From assembly GCA_036339735.1 (NCBI GenBank), contig JAYZAL010000089.1:1-16068 (forward strand): DNA of 16,068 bases, written 5' to 3'. Both the position numbers and the translations under genes were made by a program. This DNA comes from Candidatus Poribacteria bacterium. GTDB lineage: Bacteria; Poribacteria; WGA-4E; UBA9662. Shown here piece after piece: positions 1 through 8,021 of the stretch. A model generated the notes under the pieces. That model made no database searches and was not told the origin of the DNA. It saw nothing but the letters and a program-made list of their open reading frames with translations. Within the stretch, counting starts at the first letter, position 1. Every line of letters begins with the position of its first letter.

Positions 1-1
1 T

Positions 2-2461
2 GACAGTAGTGAATTTAATGTGCCAAGGTTAATTATATCAAGTAACGCGCCTGGCAATGGAACAACCATCATCCTAATCAACTTAGAGGTTGGACAGCTA
101 AGTATACCAACTGAAACAAACTTGATGGTGGTGGAAGGATACGTAGAAAAAACCTCAGCTCAGGTTTATGAGAATTTGAGCGTTGGTATTTGGATTGAGA
201 GGGGAATTGAAGTAGATGCCGACGATGACGGACTTGAAGATAGCTGGGAAGAATATCACTTTAATAATGATCTGACATTTACTGATGGAAGTCAGGATTC
301 AGATGGGGACGATCAAGACAACTGGGCCGAATTTCATGGTCGTAGTGATCCCAACGATGCTTCATCTTTACCCAGATACTTCGAGGATGTTCCTGTCAAT
401 AATGATGGATCTTACCGAATGTTACTAGCTAATTTGCCAACCGGGCCTGAGCCAGTACTAGAATTAACATCAATTTGGGATAGCAATTCACCTGTGGTTG
501 CTGCAGGAGATACCATATTTGTTTACTTGGATGATCAAGCAGACAAAGGTAGTGATGAGGAGTCCTACCGAATCACCTCTACGGATATACAGGATAACTT
601 TATACAAATTGATCTAGAAGCCGTTATGACTATCAGTAAGTCAATTCCCATCAAAGGATTCGACGACCCAGTTGTTTTAACCATTACTGATCAAATCGTA
701 GGTCTTAAACAACCACCGAGAATTCAGCAAGTTCGAACGGCTGAGCAAGAGAGAATGGTAACCAAATTACAGATTGGTATACAACAAGGTCAACCTGCAC
801 GACAAATTGAAACAGTACTGAAAATTGAAGTGCCAGGAACTACAAATACTGGTATCGGTGGCATTTTTCATGAAACTCCATTAGGAATTGAAATTCCGTT
901 TGACACTAATAAAGCTGAACCTGTTGATGTTATTGCATTAATTTCAATTGATTCAGTAAATAGGTCCGAAACCGTGGAAATTTTAGAGACTGAGATTATT
1001 GGTAATAAATTGAGGGCACAATTAGCTCATCTCAGTTATGTAGTAACCATGAAAAATACAGCACCCGTTTTTCATGCCAGCCAAGCCAACGAGTCTCTAG
1101 AAGCAATAGGAGCGACCGAAGATATTCAGCTGAGCGCTAGGATGCTGGCTGCTACTGCAGGTAGCGACAGTCAGTTGCTTAACTTGGACGGGATGTTCAG
1201 CGACAGCGACTCTGAAATTGGAGATCAAATGACTTATGAAGCCACTTCAGATAACCCTGAATTGCTCAATGTTGCTGTAGTTGAAGGCGAAGTCATGCAA
1301 TTAATGCTAGAAACTACTGATGACAAGAGTCAGGAGGGAATAGCTGAAATTTCTATCTTAGTTGAGGATACCAATGGTGCAACCAGCCAAGCCTTGATTT
1401 TTTATGTCGATGTTGCTAGTGTTTTGCCTGATCACTGGCAGGATGGAATAGACTTGCAGTTAGGTTTGAACTTATTCTCTTTGCCACTACAACCAATTAA
1501 TCAAATTGGTGAATTAGAACAATGGACAGCAGCAGACCTAGCCGATAAAATTCCTGCTACGGTGATTGTTTCTATGGATAATGGGCAATTTGTTCCTTTT
1601 ATTCCACAAGTAATGAAGAACAATGACGGTTCTTATTTAGATCAAGGCTTCGACCTTGAGGGTGGCAAGGCGTATATTATCAATGTCATGGACGACCTAA
1701 CCCTAACGCTGAACGGCCAACCATGGTCGAATTCGCCGAGTTCTGAAGGTCTTGCCCAACCTCTTAGAAGTACAGAAACAAATTTTGATGATAGTTCAGT
1801 TAGACGTGCACCAAACAGAGTTTTGGCACCTTGGACATTTGTTATCAGTGGAGATTTGATTACCGATTCTGCTTTGAGTTTCGGCTTTGATTTATCTCAG
1901 GTATCCCGTATTGTAGCTGTTGACACACGAACTGGTAAAGAATTAATCGGACAACTAAAAGGCAACCGGTTCCACTTTGTCCTGGCTGATTTAACTATGC
2001 AGCCGGTGGTTATGGATGGGCAATCCTTCGATATCAGGGCCGAAGGTGTAGATGGGAACCTAATTGCAGGCCCCTTCAATTGGCAGCTGAATGCTGACCA
2101 TTTACAGCAAGCATATATTCATCAAGAAATGACGATTGGTGATGTAATCCCCAGTCAAACTCAACTCTTACCCAACTATCCTAATCCGTTTAACCCTGAG
2201 ACTTGGATCCCGTTCGAGTTAGAGCAAGCTAGCAACGTACAGCTGATAATTTTTGACAGCCAAGGACATATTATTAGACAGCTTGATCTAGGACATCAAA
2301 TAGCTGGCCGATACTTGTCCAAAAGTCGAGCGGCTTATTGGGATGGGTATAACAAGTTAGGCGAACAAGTTAGTAGTGGTGTCTATTTCTATACTTTTAT
2401 TGCTGAATCTGAACAGTCGAAATGGTTACCCCAAACTCGAAAGATGGTAATCCTGAAGTAG
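2..2461 (+). CDS. Large multidomain secreted/surface protein with T9SS type A-like (FlgD-Ig) C-terminal domain; 5' truncated by the window edge
   Basis: The frame is open upstream of the GTG at 20 (GAC AGT AGT GAA TTT AAT GTG), so the true start is probably outside the window. Modules: acidic DxDDDG..D.WE...DSDGD...N..E....DP repeat (215-367); ZU5-like segment ending AHLSY (~630-1050); cadherin/Ig-like NTAPVF...FSDSD..D.MTY...ISILVED (~1055-1415); GLNLFSLPL...GQPW domain (1451-1726); PWTFVISG domain (1829-2140); C-terminal LLPNYPNPFNPETWIPF...WDG.N..G..V.SGVYFY...RKMVILK. Confidence 0.85.
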   Translation, partial: DSSEFNVPRLIISSNAPGNGTTIILINLEVGQLSIPTETNLMVVEGYVEKTSAQVYENLSVGIWIERGIEVDADDDGLEDSWEEYHFNNDLTFTDGSQDSDGDDQDNWAEFHGRSDPNDASSLPRYFEDVPVNNDGSYRMLLANLPTGPEPVLELTSIWDSNSPVVAAGDTIFVYLDDQADKGSDEESYRITSTDIQDNFIQIDLEAVMTISKSIPIKGFDDPVVLTITDQIVGLKQPPRIQQVRTAEQERMVTKLQIGIQQGQPARQIETVLKIEVPGTTNTGIGGIFHETPLGIEIPFDTNKAEPVDVIALISIDSVNRSETVEILETEIIGNKLRAQLAHLSYVVTMKNTAPVFHASQANESLEAIGATEDIQLSARMLAATAGSDSQLLNLDGMFSDSDSEIGDQMTYEATSDNPELLNVAVVEGEVMQLMLETTDDKSQEGIAEISILVEDTNGATSQALIFYVDVASVLPDHWQDGIDLQLGLNLFSLPLQPINQIGELEQWTAADLADKIPATVIVSMDNGQFVPFIPQVMKNNDGSYLDQGFDLEGGKAYIINVMDDLTLTLNGQPWSNSPSSEGLAQPLRSTETNFDDSSVRRAPNRVLAPWTFVISGDLITDSALSFGFDLSQVSRIVAVDTRTGKELIGQLKGNRFHFVLADLTMQPVVMDGQSFDIRAEGVDGNLIAGPFNWQLNADHLQQAYIHQEMTIGDVIPSQTQLLPNYPNPFNPETWIPFELEQASNVQLIIFDSQGHIIRQLDLGHQIAGRYLSKSRAAYWDGYNKLGEQVSSGVYFYTFIAESEQSKWLPQTRKMVILK

Positions 2462-2464
2462 GAA

Positions 2465-4213
2465 ATGATGATGGTAAAACGATTGACAATTGGTCTTTTT
2501 GTTACCTTACTGACTATATGGTGTAGTTTGGTCAACGCAGATGAATCACCCGTACACTCTTACACTCGCAGTTTTGAACTCGATCTTGACGTTGGGGTAA
2601 ATATGATTTCTATGCCCTTGAATGTTAATAGAATTCAAAAAGATGGTAGTTGGATGGCTATTTCAGAATCTGCCGGTACAATGGTTGGAGGCTTGAAACT
2701 TCAAGACGGAGAAGTTCTTCGTATGTTAGGGAATATGCCAACCATTCCAATATCTACTGATGCTGAGGTGGAACCGTATTTTTCTTCACCTGCTGCTGAT
2801 AGTCCGCCTACTGAACAGCTTAATGTGAGTGAAATGGTGATCGTGGATATCCATAGAGCGGATAGTATTTTCAATACCATTGGTGCATCAATTTTCGGTA
2901 CTTATGCCTACGATCCGGTCAGTGATCAGCTAATTCCGGTTACTTTCAACTCGGATGATAATACTTCTATTGAGGTCCCAGAGACACCTTCTATTTCAGT
3001 GGCCGAATTGGACCCTCCATTTGCTAACAGGTTAGAGGGAGGCACACTTTTCCTAGATGCAAACAATGGGCAATCTGTCTTGTACGATCCGAATGATACC
3101 GCTAATGATATTTCACGGCCCAACAATGAAAGTGGTGTCAACATTTATCAAGGAACACAAGACTACGTTGTTAATGGGAAAATCACTAGATTTTTTGCTC
3201 ACGAGAGAGGACAAAACACTTTAGTTCCAGTAAAACCAGTGTGGCTTGAGCGAGAAGGCGAAAGCTTAACTGCGAGTCAGTTAGCTGATTCAATGAATAC
3301 GTCTTGGGTAATTCGGTTAGATCAATCGGATGGCCGTTTCAAAGCTTATATTCCTCAAGCGTCAACGGAAGAAATGGATTTCTCACTGGAATCCGGCAAA
3401 GGTTATTTGGTTAATGTAATCGGATCACTAGGAACCTCTACGAAGGTCCGATTGGAAGGAATGCCTTGGGGAACACCGATCTTTGCTGAAGATTCAATTC
3501 CCCTCAATTCAGATGAAGATCTACTTCTACCGGATGAGATAGCAGGAGATGAACCTCCACGGACTTTGGCCGCACCTTCGGTTCAAGAAACAGCCCCTTG
3601 GGCTTTTGTAGTCAGTGGTCATATTGCTGGTATGGTAACAGAACAGACTGAAATTGTTGTAACAAACTTACGAACTGGGGTTTCAACTCCATCGACTGTT
3701 TCAGTTGGTAAATCAACAATAACTAACATAAGTCGGCCCAGTTATACGGCAGTTTTTGTTGATCCGGATCGACAACCATTGGTAAGTTCAGGAGATGTCT
3801 ACCAAGTTACCATCATTGACCCACGAATTGATCCTATCCAACATCAGTTTCGAGTTGAATCAACTCACTTATCAGCAGCTCACTTAACGGCCAATACTCA
3901 ATTGTCGGCGCAGGTGCCACAAATAACACAACTGGGCCAAAACTATCCCAACCCATTTAATCCTGAAACTTGGATACCATTCCAACTGCATCAGTCAGCC
4001 GATGTTTCAGTTACTATTTACAGCGTAGTTGGTACCATGGTTAGGCAAATCTCGGTTGGTTTTCGTTCAGCTGGAAGTTATCAATCAATGGGTCGAGCAG
4101 TCTACTGGGATGGTAGGACTGATTACGGCGAAATGGTTGCCAGTGGTGTTTATTTCTATACTCTTCAGGCTGGAGACTTCACTGCTAACCGGCGGTTGGT
4201 TATTCTCAAGTAA
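2465..4213 (+). CDS. Secreted protein with T9SS type A-like C-terminal domain, sharing a three-domain C-terminal cassette with the upstream gene
   Basis: 582 aa, 3 nt after the upstream stop. Sec-type signal peptide (KRLTIGLFVTLLTIWCSLVNA|DE). C-terminus QNYPNPFNPETWIPFQL...WDGRTDYGEMVASGVYFYTL...RRLVILK. The GVNMISMPL, GKGYLVNV, GMPW and APWAFVVSG motifs match the upstream protein. Confidence 0.87.
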   Translation: MMMVKRLTIGLFVTLLTIWCSLVNADESPVHSYTRSFELDLDVGVNMISMPLNVNRIQKDGSWMAISESAGTMVGGLKLQDGEVLRMLGNMPTIPISTDAEVEPYFSSPAADSPPTEQLNVSEMVIVDIHRADSIFNTIGASIFGTYAYDPVSDQLIPVTFNSDDNTSIEVPETPSISVAELDPPFANRLEGGTLFLDANNGQSVLYDPNDTANDISRPNNESGVNIYQGTQDYVVNGKITRFFAHERGQNTLVPVKPVWLEREGESLTASQLADSMNTSWVIRLDQSDGRFKAYIPQASTEEMDFSLESGKGYLVNVIGSLGTSTKVRLEGMPWGTPIFAEDSIPLNSDEDLLLPDEIAGDEPPRTLAAPSVQETAPWAFVVSGHIAGMVTEQTEIVVTNLRTGVSTPSTVSVGKSTITNISRPSYTAVFVDPDRQPLVSSGDVYQVTIIDPRIDPIQHQFRVESTHLSAAHLTANTQLSAQVPQITQLGQNYPNPFNPETWIPFQLHQSADVSVTIYSVVGTMVRQISVGFRSAGSYQSMGRAVYWDGRTDYGEMVASGVYFYTLQAGDFTANRRLVILK

Positions 4214-4501
4214 TTCTATATTACTTGTTTCTCCTAGCTCTCCGTCATTAACAACAAGCTAGGCCAAACGCCTATCAGCCCAATTCTCAAGAAATATAAA
4301 GACTGCATTCTCAATTAGGTAAGGTTAGTTTCTTTTCCTGAGGTTTATCACCTATTTACTTCTGATTCAGACGAATTTCCGTTGTTTTTTGTCTCTAGCT
4401 TATTATTAATTTAATTAGCTGTGTTGGTGCTATTATCAAAAAATTCTCACTTGATTAAGGAATGTCTTACCCTAAATATCTATAACTTCTAGTGGCTAGA
4501 C

Positions 4502-4530
4502 TTGCCATCACTACAGAATTATATTATGAT
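4502..4530 (+). promoter_or_regulatory. Sigma70-type promoter for the first Gfo/Idh/MocA gene
   Basis: TTGCCA (4502-4507), 17-nt spacer, TATGAT (4525-4530); each box matches consensus at 5/6. Followed by RBS GAGGAG (4552-4557) and ATG at 4564. Confidence 0.7.
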
Positions 4531-4563
4531 GTTTCCATGAATCACAGTGTTGAGGAGAGAAAC

Positions 4564-5817
4564 ATGAGGCAACAAATTCGTTTAGCCATTATTGGCTGTG
4601 GTGGTATGGGGCATCGGCACTTGTCCGGTTTAGCCGAACTGCACCGAGCCGGCTATAATCAGTTACAAATTGTAGCTGCTTGCGATCCAGTGGCTGACAA
4701 CGCCAACTCACTAGCTGATCAAGCCCAAGAATATTTTGGCAATCGGCCAGTGGCAGTTAACGACCTCAGCCAACTAGTCGATTTAGACATTCAAGCCGTA
4801 GATGTAACAGCTACCCCTAAATACCATCACACTATCATACAGGAAACGCTGACGAACGGTTGGCATACCATGGTAGAAAAGCCAATGGGTTTAACAGTAC
4901 GGGCTTGCAATTTGATGAAGAAAGCAGTAAATGATAGTGGATTAATTCTAAGTGTAGCTGAAAATTATAGAAGAGACCCAATCAACCGTCTAGCCAAAGC
5001 GTTATTAGAAGCTAATGTTATCGGTATTCCACGTTTTCTGATTCACCATACTGTTGGTGGAGCTGACCAAATGTTGATTTCGGTTTGGCGACACAAAAAA
5101 AATGAGAGTGGGGTTTTACTGGATGTAGGTGTCCATTACGCAGACATGATGGAATACCTATTAGGAGAAATTGAGTCTGTTTACGCCAAAATTCGTTTGC
5201 ACGAACCAATTCGCCAAAATCGCCAAGCTGGTGCGTCTGACCCAGCTGGTGTTTACGGTAAGTGGCAAAAAGAAATGCCGACAGAATTTGAGGCTACAGC
5301 AGAAGACGCAGCTTACGCTACGTTGCAATTCAAAAGTGGCGCAGTAGGGCAATACATTGAAGATCACGCCGGTCGAGGGGATGGCCTATGGGCTAGACAA
5401 ATTCATGGCTCTTTAGGTTCGATGACTTTACCGGGGGACCGGAGCGGTCGACCTATCCAACTCAACTTACACGGTCAAGGCAAAATTGAGGCAGACCAAG
5501 TTTTGGACTTAGTACCCGATTTTTGCTTGGATCCAATCACTGCCAGCTTATTTGGAAATGATCGTTTGTCGAGCTACCAATTCCCTTTCAATGAGACTGA
5601 TCGTAAACTTTTAGCCTTTGAATATGGTGAATTTGCTCAAGCTATCGCTAATAATGGTAGTGTTGAGGTTGATGTTGATCAAGGTACTCGGTCAGTAGCT
5701 GTCTCTTATGCTATGATGGAATCAAATACACTCAACCGAGCTGTTACCATTGATGAAGTAATCGCTGAAGATGCAGATATTTACCAATCTGAGATCAACC
5801 GTGATCTACAAATTTAA
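4564..5817 (+). CDS. Gfo/Idh/MocA family NAD(P)-dependent oxidoreductase (417 aa)
   Basis: Rossmann motif IRLAIIGCGGMG, EKP motif (VEKPM), catalytic DxGxH (DVGVHYAD). Start moved from 4492 to ATG 4564 because GAGGAG lies 6 nt upstream and the promoter lies inside the longer ORF. Confidence 0.92.
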   Translation: MRQQIRLAIIGCGGMGHRHLSGLAELHRAGYNQLQIVAACDPVADNANSLADQAQEYFGNRPVAVNDLSQLVDLDIQAVDVTATPKYHHTIIQETLTNGWHTMVEKPMGLTVRACNLMKKAVNDSGLILSVAENYRRDPINRLAKALLEANVIGIPRFLIHHTVGGADQMLISVWRHKKNESGVLLDVGVHYADMMEYLLGEIESVYAKIRLHEPIRQNRQAGASDPAGVYGKWQKEMPTEFEATAEDAAYATLQFKSGAVGQYIEDHAGRGDGLWARQIHGSLGSMTLPGDRSGRPIQLNLHGQGKIEADQVLDLVPDFCLDPITASLFGNDRLSSYQFPFNETDRKLLAFEYGEFAQAIANNGSVEVDVDQGTRSVAVSYAMMESNTLNRAVTIDEVIAEDADIYQSEINRDLQI

Positions 5818-6039
5818 TTTACTGATTCGATAAAGTCATCCGTTTTGGTGTCGTATTTTCAAAATTTTAGCTAATTAGACCGGTAAAACTGTTGGTGGGT
5901 GTTTCTGTCAACACTCTGTTTATTGATAAATAACGGACTTCGTGAAGAATACGTAGTTTTGTTTACTAGCATAATTGGGCAAAAATTTTGAATAGCCTCT
6001 CATGTTTGTAACTATGGACAAAGGGATTATTGCGGACTA

Positions 6040-6879
6040 ATGAAACTAGCTTATAGTACCTGGGGTATGCCAACTGTTCCTGCCGATGTGAGTATTCCGT
6101 ACTTGGCACAACTCGGATTTGATGGTATAGAGTTAACTGTCATTCCTGGCTACACGACTGATTTGTCAATGCTGACTTCCCGACAAAGACAGCAAATTCA
6201 GCAACTTCTTCATCAACATCAGTTGACATTGAGTGCTGTTTCAGCTCATACCAGTTTGATGGACCCAGAACCGAAACTCCACCTCGCAAATATGGAGCGA
6301 CTTAAGGCAGCTATTTATTTGGCCGTGGAATTGCAAACAGGCAGCTCACGTCCTGTAGTTAATACTACACCTGGAGGAAGACCGGACCAGTGGTCGGTAG
6401 ACAAACAACAATTGGTTGATCGGTTGGGTGAACTAATCGACTATGCAACTGAGTTCCAAGTTATCATTGCATTAGAGCCACATATTGGAGTGATGATTGA
6501 AACACCACAACAAATTTGCGAACTAATCGAGACAGTCAATTCCCCATATTTAAGAGCTAACTTTGATATCAGTCATTTCGAAATTCTGGGCTTACCTATG
6601 AGTGAAACGATTCCCTTAATGGTTCCCAAAACGGCACATACGCATGTCAAAGATCAACGAGGCCTACACCCAAATTTTGAATTCTTAATACCAGGGGAAG
6701 GCGATTTTGATTATGTGGCTTATTTGCAAACAATGTCAGAATACGGCTATCAAGGCTTTATTACAGTTGAAGTCAGTATGATGGTTCAGCGCCGGACGGA
6801 TTACGATCCTTTGCTAGCAGCAACACAATCTTACTATACGCTGTCACAGGCTTTTGTCGCAGCAAATATTCAAAGGTGA
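6040..6879 (+). CDS. Sugar phosphate isomerase/epimerase (xylose-isomerase-like TIM barrel, AP_endonuc_2 family)
   Basis: LGFDGIEL near the N-terminus; metal-binding pattern ALEPH ... NFDISH ... HTHVKD ... PGEGDFDY ... ITVEV. Confidence 0.9.
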   Translation: MKLAYSTWGMPTVPADVSIPYLAQLGFDGIELTVIPGYTTDLSMLTSRQRQQIQQLLHQHQLTLSAVSAHTSLMDPEPKLHLANMERLKAAIYLAVELQTGSSRPVVNTTPGGRPDQWSVDKQQLVDRLGELIDYATEFQVIIALEPHIGVMIETPQQICELIETVNSPYLRANFDISHFEILGLPMSETIPLMVPKTAHTHVKDQRGLHPNFEFLIPGEGDFDYVAYLQTMSEYGYQGFITVEVSMMVQRRTDYDPLLAATQSYYTLSQAFVAANIQR

Positions 6880-6894
6880 TAGAAAAAAATTAAA

Positions 6895-7728
6895 GTGAAG
6901 ATAGAAAAACAAGACCCAAAGTTACCTTGGAGCCGATCTTATGATCCCGATTTTTTGGTTCAAGAAAATGCTCGAATTATCCGTCTGGTCTGGGAATATT
7001 TAGAGCCACAAACCAAGTTAGAGCAGCAAAACATCGACCGTACAGTAGTCTTTTTCGGATCGGCTCGAACAAAATCCTTGGCTACAGCACAAGCGACACG
7101 AGATCAGTTGCGCCAGAGCTCTACTAATCAATCAGAGTTACAAGCTGCTGAATATCAAGTTTTGATGGCCCAATATTATGAAGATGCCGTCGAAATTGCC
7201 CAGCGATTGGCTGAATGGTCGAAAACCTTACCAACGCCCGATCAATTTGTAGTCTGTTCAGGAGGTGGTCCAGGCATAATGGAAGCTGCTAATAAAGGCA
7301 GTCATTTAGCTGATTCACCGTCAATTGGTCTCAATATTAGCTTGCCTTTCGAACAACAAGCAAACCCCTATGTTTCGCCACAGCTCGATTTCGATTTTCA
7401 CTATTTCTTCATGAGAAAATTATGGTTTGCAGACTTAGCTGAGACAATATTGGTTTTTCCTGGTGGATTTGGTACTTGTGATGAAATGATGGAGATTCTA
7501 ACCTTAGTTCAAACCAGAAAAATTCAGAAAAAAATACCAATTTTAGTTTACGGTAGAGAATACTGGAATGAAGTAATTAATTTCTCAGCCTTTGTCAAGT
7601 GGGGTATGATTAGCGAAAGTGATCTTGACTTGTTTCACTTCGTTGACACACCGGATGAAGCTGTTGATTACATTCAACAAAATATTAGGATGGTCGACTC
7701 GGTAGAAACAGATCCAAATCTGGATTGA
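6895..7728 (+). CDS. LOG family Rossmann-fold protein (TIGR00730-like nucleotide 5'-monophosphate phosphoribohydrolase; often misannotated lysine decarboxylase)
   Basis: VFFGSAR, SGGGPGIMEAANKG, GLNISLPFEQ..NPY, FHYFFMRK and PGGFGTCDE (the PGGxGTxxE signature). GTG start 15 nt after the upstream stop. Confidence 0.92.
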   Translation: MKIEKQDPKLPWSRSYDPDFLVQENARIIRLVWEYLEPQTKLEQQNIDRTVVFFGSARTKSLATAQATRDQLRQSSTNQSELQAAEYQVLMAQYYEDAVEIAQRLAEWSKTLPTPDQFVVCSGGGPGIMEAANKGSHLADSPSIGLNISLPFEQQANPYVSPQLDFDFHYFFMRKLWFADLAETILVFPGGFGTCDEMMEILTLVQTRKIQKKIPILVYGREYWNEVINFSAFVKWGMISESDLDLFHFVDTPDEAVDYIQQNIRMVDSVETDPNLD

Positions 7729-7738
7729 CAGATTTGGA
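7713..7738 (+). other. 10-bp perfect hairpin straddling the LOG stop codon
   Basis: TCCAAATCTG (7713-7722), loop GATTGA, CAGATTTGGA (7729-7738); no U-tract follows. Confidence 0.55.
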
Positions 7739-7931
7739 ACATGACTATCAAATTGAAAAACAGGAAAATTTGTCGATCGCTTAGCTGATTGGCCGCTTGA
7801 ACCTCAAAAACGATCAATCAAACAATAATGTCTGTTTTAATTTATGGATTTGCTTTCTCGCAATTAATGCCAAACAGAATTAACTCTAGAAACAATCGAA
7901 AAGTAAAAATGAGCTGATATCTCTGTTACTG

Positions 7932-7959
7932 TAGTCATTTATTAAGACAACACTATGAT
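7932..7959 (+). promoter_or_regulatory. Possible sigma70-type promoter for the Gfo-cytochrome c-DUF1501 operon
   Basis: TAGTCA (7932-7937), 16-nt spacer, TATGAT (7954-7959). The implied transcription start near 7966 falls just before a long hairpin. Confidence 0.4.
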
Positions 7960-7967
7960 CGAAAATA

Positions 7968-8010
7968 CATACATTTTGGCTAGTTCAAAAGTCTAGCCAA
8001 AAAATGTATG
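7968..8010 (+). promoter_or_regulatory. Long 5'-UTR stem-loop abutting the RBS
   Basis: CATACATTTTGGCTAG (7968-7983) pairs with CTAGCCAAAAAATGTATG (7993-8010): 16 bp with a 2-nt A bulge and a 9-nt loop. It ends at the first G of GAGGAG (8010-8015). Confidence 0.65.
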
Positions 8011-8021
8011 AGGAGAAGAAG

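Noticed and set aside
2174-3982. Similar nucleotide segments encoding NYPNPFNPETWIPF in the two CTD genes as a possible DGR template/variable repeat pair
   Set aside because: Differences are synonymous third-position changes, not adenine-specific; both copies are coding; no reverse transcriptase in the window.
4233-4263. CCTAGCT-N17-AGCTAGG as terminator of the CTD gene pair
   Set aside because: Only 7 bp with a 17-nt loop and no U-tract; too weak to call.
4492-4563. Longer N-termini given by the ORF track (starts 4492, 8004, 13860)
   Set aside because: In each case a clear SD sequence precedes a downstream ATG (4564, 8022/8025, 13929), and the extensions overlap promoter or leader structures.
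6002-6040. 12-codon uORF MFVTMDKGIIAD whose TAA overlaps the TIM-barrel ATG (TAATG)
   Set aside because: No SD sequence or telling codon bias; such overlaps are common by chance in AT-rich DNA.
7726-7788. TGA plus hairpin as a selenocysteine/SECIS signal
   Set aside because: The TGA is inside the loop rather than upstream of the stem, the LOG domain is already complete, and the extension is short and featureless.
7828-7917. 29-aa intergenic ORF MSVLIYGFAFSQLMPNRINSRNNRKVKMS
   Set aside because: No RBS and no recognisable motif; expected by chance.
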